A stretch of DNA of 64,000 nucleotides from Candidatus Bathyarchaeota archaeon (GCA_963775465.1 CAVZIW010000001.1:366697-430696); one strand, 5' to 3'; positions 30,866 to 40,876 are shown, counted from the stretch's first letter. Notes: a model not told the origin generated them from the letters alone. Program-made: numbers and translations.

Positions 30866-31287
30866 GAATACTTAGGAACAATAAAGGAGTAGCGCGCATA
30901 ATAGAAGCTTTCTTAGCCATTCTGCTTCTGACTGCATGCATTGCCATTGTTCCAGCTTATTCAACAAAAACTCAAACCCGCGATTTTTCATCATTTGGGC
31001 TAGAAACATTGACAAGTCTTGACAATAATGGTCATTTAGCAGCTCTAGTTGACGTGGAAAACTGGGACGCGCTTCGGAGTTGTGTTGACTCCGCGATACC
31101 GCTTACGCTTTGGTTTAATCTAACGGTTTTTGATGAAAACATGAAACCTATCAACCCCTACGCTTTGTGCAGTTCAGGTTCAGTAAGCGATAACATAGAC
31201 TCCACAGATTATCTAAGTGCAAGTCTCAACAGCACATACAGAGTGTATATACTGAGATTACAGCTTTCACAGGTGGGATCACAATAA
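30862..31287 (+). CDS. Minor pilin (class III signal peptide)
   Basis: RNNKG|VARIIEAFLAILLL. Confidence 0.8.
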   Translation: MRILRNNKGVARIIEAFLAILLLTACIAIVPAYSTKTQTRDFSSFGLETLTSLDNNGHLAALVDVENWDALRSCVDSAIPLTLWFNLTVFDENMKPINPYALCSSGSVSDNIDSTDYLSASLNSTYRVYILRLQLSQVGSQ

Positions 31288-32045
31288 CGAAGCACAGCTT
31301 AAGAAATGACAAAAAAGGTCAAGTAATTGTCATAACCGCTTTGCTGATTGGATTATTGATGTTTTCCACAGTTGCCTATGTTACTGAAGTCATTAAGCAA
31401 GCACCTAAAACCGAGACAAATCAAAATGATATGTTTCCTCAATACCAACAAAACTTGAAACATACACTAATCAGTTCACTATCAAACATAACTATCGACA
31501 ACACTACACAGGTACTAAGTGAAAACATAGACAAACTAAATCAAGCATTTAGTTCCCATTTCTATGAATCCACCCTTCAAATCGAAAGTACACTTACAAA
31601 TACTACTCCCTATCAAAATGGTCTTTGGATAGCTGGCTATCAAGAAAATCACGCAATTATTGGAGCTCAGGTAAGCTATCAATTAGAATCAGCAGGAAAT
31701 ACAAAAAAGACGAACGTTGCTGGCATTGTAAACGTTACATCTGAGGCATATTTGTCGGGAAACTCCTCACAGATTGACCCAGCAACAAAACAAGGAACTC
31801 TAACTTTGCGAGTTCTAAACGAAGGAATGCCGGCTCTTGCATCAAACTTCAGCTGCTATTATCAAGACGACACTCAATGGCTCCCGGTACAAAATTTCAG
31901 CTCTACAGATTTTGGCAATGGAACATACCAGATAATTTTTTCTGTTCAGCTAACCCAACCTAGCGATCCATTAATCGTTTCAATAAATGTTTTAGATCAA
32001 CGAGGAATAAGCATGAGAGTGCAAACAACATGCACAAACTCATAG
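31287..32045 (+). CDS. Minor pilin (class III signal peptide); probable ACG start
   Basis: From ACG 31287 (TAACG overlap): KHSLRNDKKG|QVIVITALLIGLLMF, in frame with ORF 31341-32045. Confidence 0.78.
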   Translation, partial: TKHSLRNDKKGQVIVITALLIGLLMFSTVAYVTEVIKQAPKTETNQNDMFPQYQQNLKHTLISSLSNITIDNTTQVLSENIDKLNQAFSSHFYESTLQIESTLTNTTPYQNGLWIAGYQENHAIIGAQVSYQLESAGNTKKTNVAGIVNVTSEAYLSGNSSQIDPATKQGTLTLRVLNEGMPALASNFSCYYQDDTQWLPVQNFSSTDFGNGTYQIIFSVQLTQPSDPLIVSINVLDQRGISMRVQTTCTNS

Positions 32046-32076
32046 AAAATTACAAAACAGAAGGAGACAAATAGAA

Positions 32077-32331
32077 TTGCCTAAACTCAGAATAATAATA
32101 ATTTTTGTCATCATTGCACTTATTTTATTCTCGTTTCTCGCCTTTGTTTTCATGAGTGAAATGAATCAAAAAAATCCCTCCACAGCTCAAGTTGTTTGGC
32201 TGAAAAATTACGGTGGAGCAAAAGACGATCGAGCCTTCTACGCAGTGGCTAACGAGCAAGGATACTTGGCAATTGGATCAACAAAATCAATTATAGCAAA
32301 ACACAACTACGGGGTGGGTCTTGCAGCTTGA
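32077..32331 (+). CDS. Membrane-anchored beta-propeller repeat protein, N-terminal part
   Basis: Signal anchor then WLKNYGGAKDD repeat; frameshift in A-run near 32300. Confidence 0.65.
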   Translation: MPKLRIIIIFVIIALILFSFLAFVFMSEMNQKNPSTAQVVWLKNYGGAKDDRAFYAVANEQGYLAIGSTKSIIAKHNYGVGLAA

Positions 32332-33268
32332 CCCCGAAGGCAACGTTATTTGGAATAGAACATACCTGCAACGAGAAGGAACTGAATTAAGATACGCCAT
32401 AGATTTAGCCGATGGATACTTGTTTGTTGGAAATGAATACTTGGAAGGCGACGATGTCAACGGCTTTGTTCTAAGAACCGATGAACAAGGCAATGAATTG
32501 TGGAATACAACAATTGGCGGCAACAACGTTGACAAGTTGTTTTCGGCAATTCAAGCACCAGACGGCTTCGTTCTTCTAGGAACAACTTGCCTCAATGAAA
32601 GTAATTATTCAGTTGCGTGGGCAGCAAAAATAGACGTTAATGGAGAGATATTGTGGAACAATGAATATCTAAATGGAACCGACTCCACAATTAGACAGGG
32701 AATCTTAGCACCGGATGGCAACTATATTTGCGCTGGTTACGCTAAAGTTGGCGATTACCAGTTTTTGACTCTAAAAATAGACACATCTGGCAAGTTAATA
32801 TGGAACCAAACCTACGGTCAAGAGTCAAGCCAAAAAGCGTATTCAATAGCCAAGGCGGCTGACGGATACATTATTGCAGGTGATAAAGTATCCTTGCAAT
32901 CAGATTCGGACGCATGGCTCATCAAGCTAGATTGGAATGGAACCATACTCTGGGAAAAAGCCATAGGTGGAAATGATGCGGATTCCGCGGCTGCAATCAC
33001 TCCATCGGAAGATGGAAACTATTTGGTCACCGGATTTACCTTCTCATATGGAAAAGGAAACAGAGATGTTTGGCTCTTAAAAGTCTCCAACGAAGGAAAC
33101 GTTCTGTGGAGCTGCACTGAAGGCGGCGTGGGTTACCAAGAGGCATACCAGGTACTTGACGCCGGCAAAAATCAATATGTCATAGTCGGCTGGACTGATC
33201 CTCCAGAAGCGCCCGATTTAATTGGCAAAGCTCAATATGACTTCTATACAGCTAAACTTAGCCCATAA
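32321..33268 (+). CDS. Beta-propeller repeat protein, C-terminal part
   Basis: Repeats of D..G...W...(Y/I)GG...D.....DG.Y...G.T. Confidence 0.8.
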   Translation: MQLDPEGNVIWNRTYLQREGTELRYAIDLADGYLFVGNEYLEGDDVNGFVLRTDEQGNELWNTTIGGNNVDKLFSAIQAPDGFVLLGTTCLNESNYSVAWAAKIDVNGEILWNNEYLNGTDSTIRQGILAPDGNYICAGYAKVGDYQFLTLKIDTSGKLIWNQTYGQESSQKAYSIAKAADGYIIAGDKVSLQSDSDAWLIKLDWNGTILWEKAIGGNDADSAAAITPSEDGNYLVTGFTFSYGKGNRDVWLLKVSNEGNVLWSCTEGGVGYQEAYQVLDAGKNQYVIVGWTDPPEAPDLIGKAQYDFYTAKLSP

Positions 33269-33350
33269 TTAGGCACCAAAAATAAAAGAAATATTGTATT
33301 TCTGCGAAAATAAAAATAATGGGAAAAGATGAAAAAACACAATTCGGGCG

Positions 33351-34226
33351 TTAGTTTATCTTTAGGAAAAGCATACTCAGAATCTTGACTAACGCGCTAT
33401 AGTTGGTCCATATGCCTGCGGTTCGACATTTTTTCTTTGTGTCATCGTTGCCTACTGCTTCTTCATGGAAGGTGATTAGCACTTCTTTATTGTCCGATAT
33501 CATAAAGCAGGGTAAGCTTTGATCATCATTTATTCTGTTTGAATCGCTAAGCCAATTAAGTTGACCTAGAAAGTAGGCGCTCTTTAGCGTGGTATCAGTT
33601 ACCAGAGAAACATTTACTTTTTCAGCTTGATTTTTTAGATTGTCAGAAAAATCGCTATAATAAAGTTCAGACAGGTAAGCAGCTGATGCATAAACTTGGA
33701 ATGAACTCTTAGTCTTTTGCAGCAGTTCATTAGCTTTCATAAGAACCTGATCTTCACCCTCAAGCATTTGAAACATTTCTTTTTTCTGTTCAACTGCTTT
33801 TTGTTTAGGTATAGAACTCCAAAGCTCAACTAAACTCTGTTTTTCCTGTTCTAAAAGTTTAATTTGAATTTTTTGAGCGTCAACAAGTAAATCAATTGCT
33901 TTATCGAGAGGCACTGCAGTGAATTTAAGAGGCTTTTCAAAAATTGAAAAAACAATCCCTTTCTTCTCCAAATCACGAAGAATTCGGTAGGTTTCTGTCC
34001 TGTGAAGAGATATAGCTTCAGCCAGTTCCCCAGCTTTCATTTCGCCTGCTCTTGCTAAATGGAGGTATACTCTTATTTCGTTCTTTAAAAGCCCAAAACG
34101 CGACAGGGTTTCTTCAACAGTTGATAATTGTTTTTCGAAAGTCTGATCTTTTCTAACTAGTTTCCAGGATTCATTTCTCTTATCATAGACTTTTACGAGC
34201 TCTTGTTTATCCATCACTAAAGACAT
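33351..34226 (-). CDS. TrmB family transcriptional regulator
   Basis: FGLLKNEIRVYLHL, LHRTETYRILRDLEKKGIV, EKPLKF; GGTGA SD favours ATG 34226. Confidence 0.88.
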   Translation of the reverse strand: MSLVMDKQELVKVYDKRNESWKLVRKDQTFEKQLSTVEETLSRFGLLKNEIRVYLHLARAGEMKAGELAEAISLHRTETYRILRDLEKKGIVFSIFEKPLKFTAVPLDKAIDLLVDAQKIQIKLLEQEKQSLVELWSSIPKQKAVEQKKEMFQMLEGEDQVLMKANELLQKTKSSFQVYASAAYLSELYYSDFSDNLKNQAEKVNVSLVTDTTLKSAYFLGQLNWLSDSNRINDDQSLPCFMISDNKEVLITFHEEAVGNDDTKKKCRTAGIWTNYSALVKILSMLFLKIN

Positions 34227-34355
34227 ATTCTGTTTTTCACCGATTGCTTGCTTGAGATTAAAGATCAAGTTTACTCACGATATATAATACAATTATGAAT
34301 TCTGAATTCATGTTTTTAGAAACATGCAGAAAATAGCCTGCTTTAAAATGCTGTT

Positions 34356-35414
34356 TTAGGTTTCAAGCGCTTTAGCAGATGCATTAGCGTAAAGGGAGCC
34401 GAATTTGTTGATTAAGTCCTTCTGTGTGTAGATTGAAGAATGTAACTGGAAGAACTTGCCCATCCGATCAGTCTCCACCCCAATTCCTATCACGATTACA
34501 TTCTTGTTCAGTAGGCCATCAACGCATTTTTTTAAGACAGAGGGCATATTTTCGTATCCGTTTGGCCAGCCGTCTGAAATGACAATTAAGCATCTTTGTT
34601 CTTCAAAGCGTTTGGCTAGCATTTTGCCTGCAACTTCAATCGCGTCTGGAATAAAGGTGAGTCCTTCAAACTTTAAGCCACCGATTCTTGCTCTTACTCT
34701 TTTTGAGTAGGATTCATTACTGGCTTTTAAGAGGTATAATTTGCTGCTAAATGCAAAGAAAGTCCAAGATGTTGCATCTAACATCAGCTCTTTAGCTGCT
34801 TCAGCAACTGCAATGGCTAATGCTCTTCCGTATTCGCCTTTGACCTTCATACTTGTGCTTACATCGAACAATATTGACCATGCGAAGCTAGGTTTTAGAT
34901 ATTCATCCAATACAAATACATCTGTAGCCGGTTTATTGCTGGCTAATGATTGGATAACTGCCGTTAAGTCCAGTTGGCCCATTTCTTGGCGTGGGTCCTC
35001 ATCTAAATAGTTAAAAGCTGATCTCAAGATATCTAGTAGCCGTCGACTTGCGCCTTGCACCAGTTTTCTTGCTCTTAGATATTGTGTGTAGTCTTCTTCT
35101 GGGATTTCAATTGATTTAAACTTTGTAATTTCCAAGTAAGGTTCGATCTTTGATAGGATTTTTTGTTCGCGTTGTTTTTGATACCGATCTGAATTGAAAG
35201 CTTGAAGAGATTCAGCATCCTGCTCCGGTTTCCAGAGTTTATCAAGGTTATCAAAGCTTTGAATTGGGTTTCCCAATAGAGATAAAGAGGCGCGGAATAT
35301 TTCTTGGAACGAAGGGTTGGATAATTCAATGCCGGTGTAAATGCTACATGGACCTAAGCTTTCTGTGTGACGAAATGATGGAGCTTCCAAAAATGGACCT
35401 AACGGATTGAGCAA
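34356..35414 (-). CDS. vWA domain protein (NorD/CbbO-like), C-terminal part
   Basis: GQLDL, MIDAS DVSTSM, ISDGWP, VIGIGV. Confidence 0.85.
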   Translation of the reverse strand: MLNPLGPFLEAPSFRHTESLGPCSIYTGIELSNPSFQEIFRASLSLLGNPIQSFDNLDKLWKPEQDAESLQAFNSDRYQKQREQKILSKIEPYLEITKFKSIEIPEEDYTQYLRARKLVQGASRRLLDILRSAFNYLDEDPRQEMGQLDLTAVIQSLASNKPATDVFVLDEYLKPSFAWSILFDVSTSMKVKGEYGRALAIAVAEAAKELMLDATSWTFFAFSSKLYLLKASNESYSKRVRARIGGLKFEGLTFIPDAIEVAGKMLAKRFEEQRCLIVISDGWPNGYENMPSVLKKCVDGLLNKNVIVIGIGVETDRMGKFFQLHSSIYTQKDLINKFGSLYANASAKALET

Positions 35415-35481
35415 TTCTGCAATTTGTTTAAAGTTGTCATCAAAAATTTCTTCGGTAACTATTTTGTTATTGCGAATTGTG

Positions 35482-36072
35482 TCAGAGAAGACTTCTTCGA
35501 AGTTTTGTTACTGAATTGGCTATTTGGTCGATTATCAGGTCTTCCTCAGATTTTTGCTCAGTTTTTAAGGAATCGATCCATAGTCTTCTCAAGAGTGTTG
35601 TCATAACTCTTGTAGCTGTTGTATAGATTCTTGAAGGCGACTTGATTTTTTGAAACGCCAAGGCGTTTGCATAAGCTATGTCCAATAAAGAATCGGGGGA
35701 TTTTTCCTTGATATATGTATTAACGTAGGCATCGGTTATTAGGGATTTAACAAATGCTTCAACGTTTGAATCCGATTCTTTTGGACAAACCTTCTCTTTC
35801 GAAAAAGGCACTAACGTGTGGGTAGACAAATGGAGAATAGATGCTCTAAATAGTCTTCCAACTCTAAGTTTTCCTGCAGTATCATCATTAAATTTGTTGC
35901 CGAGGTACTCTATTAAACCATCTTCGGAAGATTTTGGAGTGGGAACCTTTATACAAAATCCTTCATCATCAGCCCTTAGTATTGGCTGGTCAATGCTGGC
36001 ATCTTCGATTATTTTTACCTTGGTGTCGTCTTTCTGTAGTGAGGTCGACCAGGCAAAGTCAATAAAGCCCAA
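35482..36072 (-). CDS. NorD/CbbO-like protein, N-terminal part (frameshift near 35490-35580)
   Basis: Frame of the downstream vWA ORF is open upstream (SDTIRNNKIVTEEIFDDNFKQIAE), consistent with one gene of about 570 aa. Confidence 0.6.
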   Translation of the reverse strand: MGFIDFAWSTSLQKDDTKVKIIEDASIDQPILRADDEGFCIKVPTPKSSEDGLIEYLGNKFNDDTAGKLRVGRLFRASILHLSTHTLVPFSKEKVCPKESDSNVEAFVKSLITDAYVNTYIKEKSPDSLLDIAYANALAFQKIKSPSRIYTTATRVMTTLLRRLWIDSLKTEQKSEEDLIIDQIANSVTKLRRSLL

Positions 36073-36081
36073 AATAATCCC

Positions 36082-37104
36082 TTATGTTTTTGTAAATACG
36101 GCTTCGAGTATTCTTCTGACATCCGACTGGACTTCAACGTTATCGCTTGTTAAGCCGATTATCGTTTCTTCGGCTGCACCCATTGGAGTGTTGCCGTCCT
36201 TCACAAGAGTTGCCCAGTTAATCAAGTCTCCCAAAGATGGACCATAGGGTAAATCACCAGCTTTATACTGTCTTCTTAACTCTGCCCCACCTTGAATAAT
36301 CTTGTAGGCAACATCTTGGTCAACTTTAGTTCGTTTTCTCAACATCTCAACTTCATGCGGAGAAATCTTTTCGCCAACGCTTAAGAAGTCAAAGTTTATC
36401 CATACTGCCATTCTTCTTCGCATAGCTGCGTTGAGGGGTTTTGTACCTGAGAATTCAGCTGTCGCTGGGTTCATGCTGATAATCATATAGCCGTATTTGT
36501 GACGTTCAATTACTTCACTGTCTTTTTCGTTAAGAACGAGGTGACCTCGAGTGTCCAAAACAGGGTTTAAACGGGTTGCAACATCCTGTTTCATCATGTT
36601 AGCTTCGTCAAGGTACATTATGCCACCCTTTCTGAGCCACTGTGTTAATAAGCCGTCGACCCAGTTTTCTTTGCCTAACCCAATGAATCTCCCGATCAAG
36701 TCGAAGCTGCTTGTGCTTAGACCACAGTTTACTTCCCAGATGGGCAAGCCGGTTAATTCGGCGACTAGGTAGACGATGTGTGTTTTTCCTGTTCCGGAAG
36801 GCCCGATTAAGCTACATTGCTTAAAATAATAAAGTGCTCGTACAATTCGTTCCACATAGTTTAGTCCGTGGTCTAGATATTCGGGCGTACCCTTTGGGAT
36901 CATATCATCTAGATGATTAAAGTTGAAGTTGGGGTGGAGGTCATAACGTTGGATGTTGTATTTTTCGTATAGAGGAGATTTGGACATCGGACGTTCTTTG
37001 TCCAAAGATACTGTGATCTTGAATTTGTCCTGTTTAAGGGAAGAGACCTCTCGGACTCTGCTTGCTTCAGCTTTCTCTTTGAGTCCTTGATGACCATAAC
37101 TCAT
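36082..37104 (-). CDS. MoxR AAA+ ATPase (CbbQ/NirQ/NorQ/GvpN type)
   Basis: GPSGTGKT, YLDEAN, SMNP, LNAAMRRR. Confidence 0.92.
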   Translation of the reverse strand: MSYGHQGLKEKAEASRVREVSSLKQDKFKITVSLDKERPMSKSPLYEKYNIQRYDLHPNFNFNHLDDMIPKGTPEYLDHGLNYVERIVRALYYFKQCSLIGPSGTGKTHIVYLVAELTGLPIWEVNCGLSTSSFDLIGRFIGLGKENWVDGLLTQWLRKGGIMYLDEANMMKQDVATRLNPVLDTRGHLVLNEKDSEVIERHKYGYMIISMNPATAEFSGTKPLNAAMRRRMAVWINFDFLSVGEKISPHEVEMLRKRTKVDQDVAYKIIQGGAELRRQYKAGDLPYGPSLGDLINWATLVKDGNTPMGAAEETIIGLTSDNVEVQSDVRRILEAVFTKT

Positions 37105-37351
37105 TAATCGTTACCTCTATCTCGACAGTTGAATGTGAAAGTCAATAATAGATAAATGTTATTAATTACTACTCAATACACCGCTACCCTCAACCTCCAA
37201 CCCACCATCGAATCAAAACGGCAAACCTTACAAGACCATTATTATACAAGCACTGAAAAACAGGAGACCGAGGAAAACCCGATACTGTCTATACTTTCTG
37301 ATACATACAAGTGCTTATCAGATAAAAGAGCTAACAAACGTTTGATAAACC

Positions 37352-37879
37352 TTGACTCAAGAAGCCATAATAAAAACTGAAACAGCTGAAATCGCAATGT
37401 CACAAGAATTCAAAAGCGCAGACAAGAAAAAACAGCTAAGCATACAAGAACTAATTGAATCCCTTAAAAGCACCGCAGACGACATTGGTCAAATAAGCGA
37501 ACTAACATCTGAAGAAAAGATGTTGGTTGCACAGTTTTTCACATCCCTACTAAAACTAATGAAACCGCTGACCCCCTCGATATCCGTTAGCGAATACGCA
37601 CTTCCAGCCGAATTAGGCGATGCAGTCCAAGCTCACGTAGACCCAACCGGACATTTAATGATTCAATATACAGACGGACACGTAAAACTGGAAGACTTGA
37701 GTGAAGAAAAGAACCGAGATCTAATGGCAGCAGTAATAATCGACGTATTACCAAAATTCAAATCCTTAACAGCCGCTCAAAAACGCAAATTAGAAAATCG
37801 AATGAGAATGCTATCAACCGTAACAAAGGAAATCCAAAAAAGCGCTGACGCGTTGCCATCATCTTTAGTTCAAGAATAG
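37352..37879 (+). CDS. Hypothetical protein
   Basis: 175-aa ORF divergent from MoxR operon. Confidence 0.7.
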   Translation: MTQEAIIKTETAEIAMSQEFKSADKKKQLSIQELIESLKSTADDIGQISELTSEEKMLVAQFFTSLLKLMKPLTPSISVSEYALPAELGDAVQAHVDPTGHLMIQYTDGHVKLEDLSEEKNRDLMAAVIIDVLPKFKSLTAAQKRKLENRMRMLSTVTKEIQKSADALPSSLVQE

Positions 37880-37944
37880 ATTGTAAATTCATAAATGATT
37901 AAAATAGAAAACACAATATTGATACAAAAACTGGAGAGGAAAAA

Positions 37945-38163
37945 ATGACCATGAATAATAACAAAACAAGAAAAGAACTCAAAACCAAAATGGCCAAAGC
38001 CCTAAATTACAAAATTAATAACCTCTCAAGCAGTATGAAAGAAATTCTGCTCGATGACTTAGTCACTGCCTTCGAAAGCAGGTTTGAGGTATTAAGTAAT
38101 GCCCAATCGAATGTGAAATGTTATGTAGAAATGGGAGTCAAGGTTGCAAATGAGACGTTCTAA
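37945..38163 (+). CDS. Small hypothetical protein
   Basis: GGAGAGG SD; EILLDDLVTAFESR helix. Confidence 0.65.
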   Translation: MTMNNNKTRKELKTKMAKALNYKINNLSSSMKEILLDDLVTAFESRFEVLSNAQSNVKCYVEMGVKVANETF

Positions 38164-38440
38164 ACTCGAAGTATACATAGACATACTTGAGGTCTTAGCA
38201 CTTAGAGGCCCACTAAAACTGACACACATAATGTATAAATCAAACGTTAATTGCAGTGTACTAAAAGACCAACTAGAATTCCTCATCAAAAACACTCTAG
38301 TAGAAGAAAGAATTTTAAGAAAAGAAAAAGTCGTGTATGCAGTCACTTCAAGAGGGTTACAAATCTTGAAATCATTCAGAGAAATAAAACAAGTATTCCC
38401 AATTGAAGAAGAAAAGCAGCAATCACCCTTCTTCTACTAA
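38150..38440 (+). CDS. Winged HTH transcriptional regulator (HTH_45 type)
   Basis: MRRSKLEVYIDIL, LTHIMYKSNVN, YAVTSRG. Confidence 0.88.
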   Translation: MRRSKLEVYIDILEVLALRGPLKLTHIMYKSNVNCSVLKDQLEFLIKNTLVEERILRKEKVVYAVTSRGLQILKSFREIKQVFPIEEEKQQSPFFY

Positions 38441-38471
38441 ACCCCCACATTATCAAAAAGACTATCGACCG

Positions 38472-38861
38472 TTAATTCTTATTTTCAAGAATACTTGAAT
38501 CGCAACCGCATTCAAGATTATTATCTTCACTGCCCTTCTCAGCCTTCTTTCTAAAGTTTCTACAAATTGACTTCAAAGAACCCAAAGTATATTCAAGGAC
38601 AGCTTTTCCATCAACAGTTATTTGATAAATCCGCTGAGGTCTTCCAGTATTCATGTTCCAAGAAGACTTCAAAAACTTGTCTTGCTCCATCTTATTTAGA
38701 ATTGGATAAATGGTACTTGCCCCAAACCTCACGCCGAACGAACGCCGTATTATCGATAATATTTCATATCCGTGCTGGGGCTCAGTGTTAAGTATCTGCA
38801 GAATTATTGGGCAAAGCAGATTCTTAGTCAACTTAACCTGAATGGATCGATTAGTACTCAT
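38472..38861 (-). CDS. PadR family transcriptional regulator
   Basis: PQHGYEI, STIYPILNKME, RIYQITVDG. Confidence 0.9.
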   Translation of the reverse strand: MSTNRSIQVKLTKNLLCPIILQILNTEPQHGYEILSIIRRSFGVRFGASTIYPILNKMEQDKFLKSSWNMNTGRPQRIYQITVDGKAVLEYTLGSLKSICRNFRKKAEKGSEDNNLECGCDSSILENKN

Positions 38862-39184
38862 TTCTCTTTCCGCTCCTGAGGAAAAAAGAAAATTACGCCT
38901 TTCTCAAACTATTCCCTCATAAGATATCATACACTAAAACAATTTAAAACCTTCCACATACCAAATACATACCAAAACAGAAAAAAATCAACAATTCAAA
39001 CAAAAATACATGGATAAAAAGACACGATTCCCCCAACAAGCAGCTAAAAAGAATTCGTACAACACAAAAACATAAAAATTCAACAACCACGACAAAACCG
39101 CATCTAAAAACAACCAAACCCCAAAAACTTCAAAAAAACAGTTTTTTCTTCCACCAGCTTACACCATCATTCTTAGCTAGACTG

Positions 39185-40876
39185 CTACAAATAAGCCTCA
39201 GTTACATACCTACGCATCATTCTATGACTGTTAAAATAATATGCAATTTTGCCAATAGAATTCTTCATCAACTTAATCCACTCATCGTGCCTATCATAGA
39301 ACGTTGGAATCAAAACATACTCAAGCTTATTATAGAGATCCTCAGTTTCCTTAGAAAAAAATGGTGTATCGTTTATGTTTTCAATAGAGTGCGGACCAAT
39401 AGCCCAACCGGTAAGGTTTTCGATCCAACCCTCAATCCACCATCCATCAAGAACACTAAAATTTAGAACCCCATTGTGAGCAGCTTTCATTCCACTCGTA
39501 CCAGAAGCCTCCATCGGTCGCAGCGGCGTATTAAGCCATGCATCCACACCCGAAACCATCTTTGACGCGATGTCCATGTCATAATTTTCTAAATAAACAA
39601 TTTCAACATCATTTTTAAGCTGCTTAGCAAAACTGAAGATTTGCTCTACAAGCCGCTTCCCACCTTCATCTCGAGGATGAGCCTTGCCCGCAAAAATTGC
39701 CTGAAACTTACCTTTTCGACTAATCGTACGCAACCTATCAAGATTAGAAAACAACAAAGTCGTTCGTTTATACTCGGTTGCTCTTCTCGCAAACCCCAAT
39801 GTAAACACATCAACATCTAAAGTAGCGTTCACAGCTTTGTTTGCAAAATCCAATAATGCCCTTTTTTGTTCGACGTGAGCCTGCCAAATCTCACAGTCAG
39901 GAATAATGTCAACCTTTGCCAGAAGTTCAGGTTCAATCGCCCAACCAGGCAAATATTTATCAAAAATCTTTCTAAAACTCTCCCCAGTCCAAGTAAAAGA
40001 GTGCACACCATTAGTTACCGAGTGAATTTCATACCCAGCAAACATTCGGCTTGACACTTGTTGGTGACGCTTAGCAACCCCATTAACATAGTTACTCAAA
40101 TTCAAAGCAAAAAGAGTCATGTTCAACCGATCTGAGCCACCATACTGTCTTAACGCATCAATATCTCCCCCATCAAGCACTTCAGCAACCAAATCATAGC
40201 TGAACTTGTCATGTCCAGCTTCTACAGGCGTGTGAGTTGTAAAAACGCAGAGCTCACGCACTTTATCAACATCCATACTGTTTCTACGCAAAAGCTCCAA
40301 CGCCAAAAGACTCGAATGCCCTTCGTTCATGTGATACTTGCGAACTTTAAACCCAAGAGCATCAAGCATCCGAACGCCACCCATACCCAAAATAACTTCT
40401 TGCTTTAAACGGTATTTCTGGTTTCCACCATATAGATAGAAGGTAATTTCGCGGTCTTCAGGAGAGTTTCCTTCAATATCAGTATCCAAAAACAGTACAG
40501 GAACAACCCCGCCTGTTACGCTCTTGTATTTGTAGAGCCAAGCCTTAACTTTAACATCTCGACCTTCAACTTTCACATCAACTTCATTAGGAAGTTGAAC
40601 CATCAGTTTTTCAGGAAACCACTCGTTAGACTGCTCAGTTTGCCTACCATTAGCATCCAGTTTTTGCCTAAAATAATTCCGTTTACTAATCAACGTAACA
40701 GCAACAAGAGGAAGTTTCAAGTCCGCAGCCGAACGAATCGCGTCACCTGCAAGGGTACCCAATCCACCCGCATAAGTAGGGATTTCATTCGTTAAACCGA
40801 TTTCCATCGAAAAATACGCTATTTTCTGACCTTTTAGCACGCCTTGTAACTCATCCAAACTGTTCTCTCCCCCCAA
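39185..40876 (-). CDS. glgP: Alpha-glucan (glycogen/maltodextrin) phosphorylase, GT35
   Basis: YAGGLGTLAGD, HMNEGH, FTTHTP, ARRATEYKR, EASGTSGMKA. Confidence 0.95.
   Translation of the reverse strand: MGGENSLDELQGVLKGQKIAYFSMEIGLTNEIPTYAGGLGTLAGDAIRSAADLKLPLVAVTLISKRNYFRQKLDANGRQTEQSNEWFPEKLMVQLPNEVDVKVEGRDVKVKAWLYKYKSVTGGVVPVLFLDTDIEGNSPEDREITFYLYGGNQKYRLKQEVILGMGGVRMLDALGFKVRKYHMNEGHSSLLALELLRRNSMDVDKVRELCVFTTHTPVEAGHDKFSYDLVAEVLDGGDIDALRQYGGSDRLNMTLFALNLSNYVNGVAKRHQQVSSRMFAGYEIHSVTNGVHSFTWTGESFRKIFDKYLPGWAIEPELLAKVDIIPDCEIWQAHVEQKRALLDFANKAVNATLDVDVFTLGFARRATEYKRTTLLFSNLDRLRTISRKGKFQAIFAGKAHPRDEGGKRLVEQIFSFAKQLKNDVEIVYLENYDMDIASKMVSGVDAWLNTPLRPMEASGTSGMKAAHNGVLNFSVLDGWWIEGWIENLTGWAIGPHSIENINDTPFFSKETEDLYNKLEYVLIPTFYDRHDEWIKLMKNSIGKIAYYFNSHRMMRRYVTEAYL

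Noticed and set aside
22934-33268. Archaellum operon
   Set aside because: No recognisable ArlH, ArlF/G or chemotaxis genes; gene set fits a type IV pilus.
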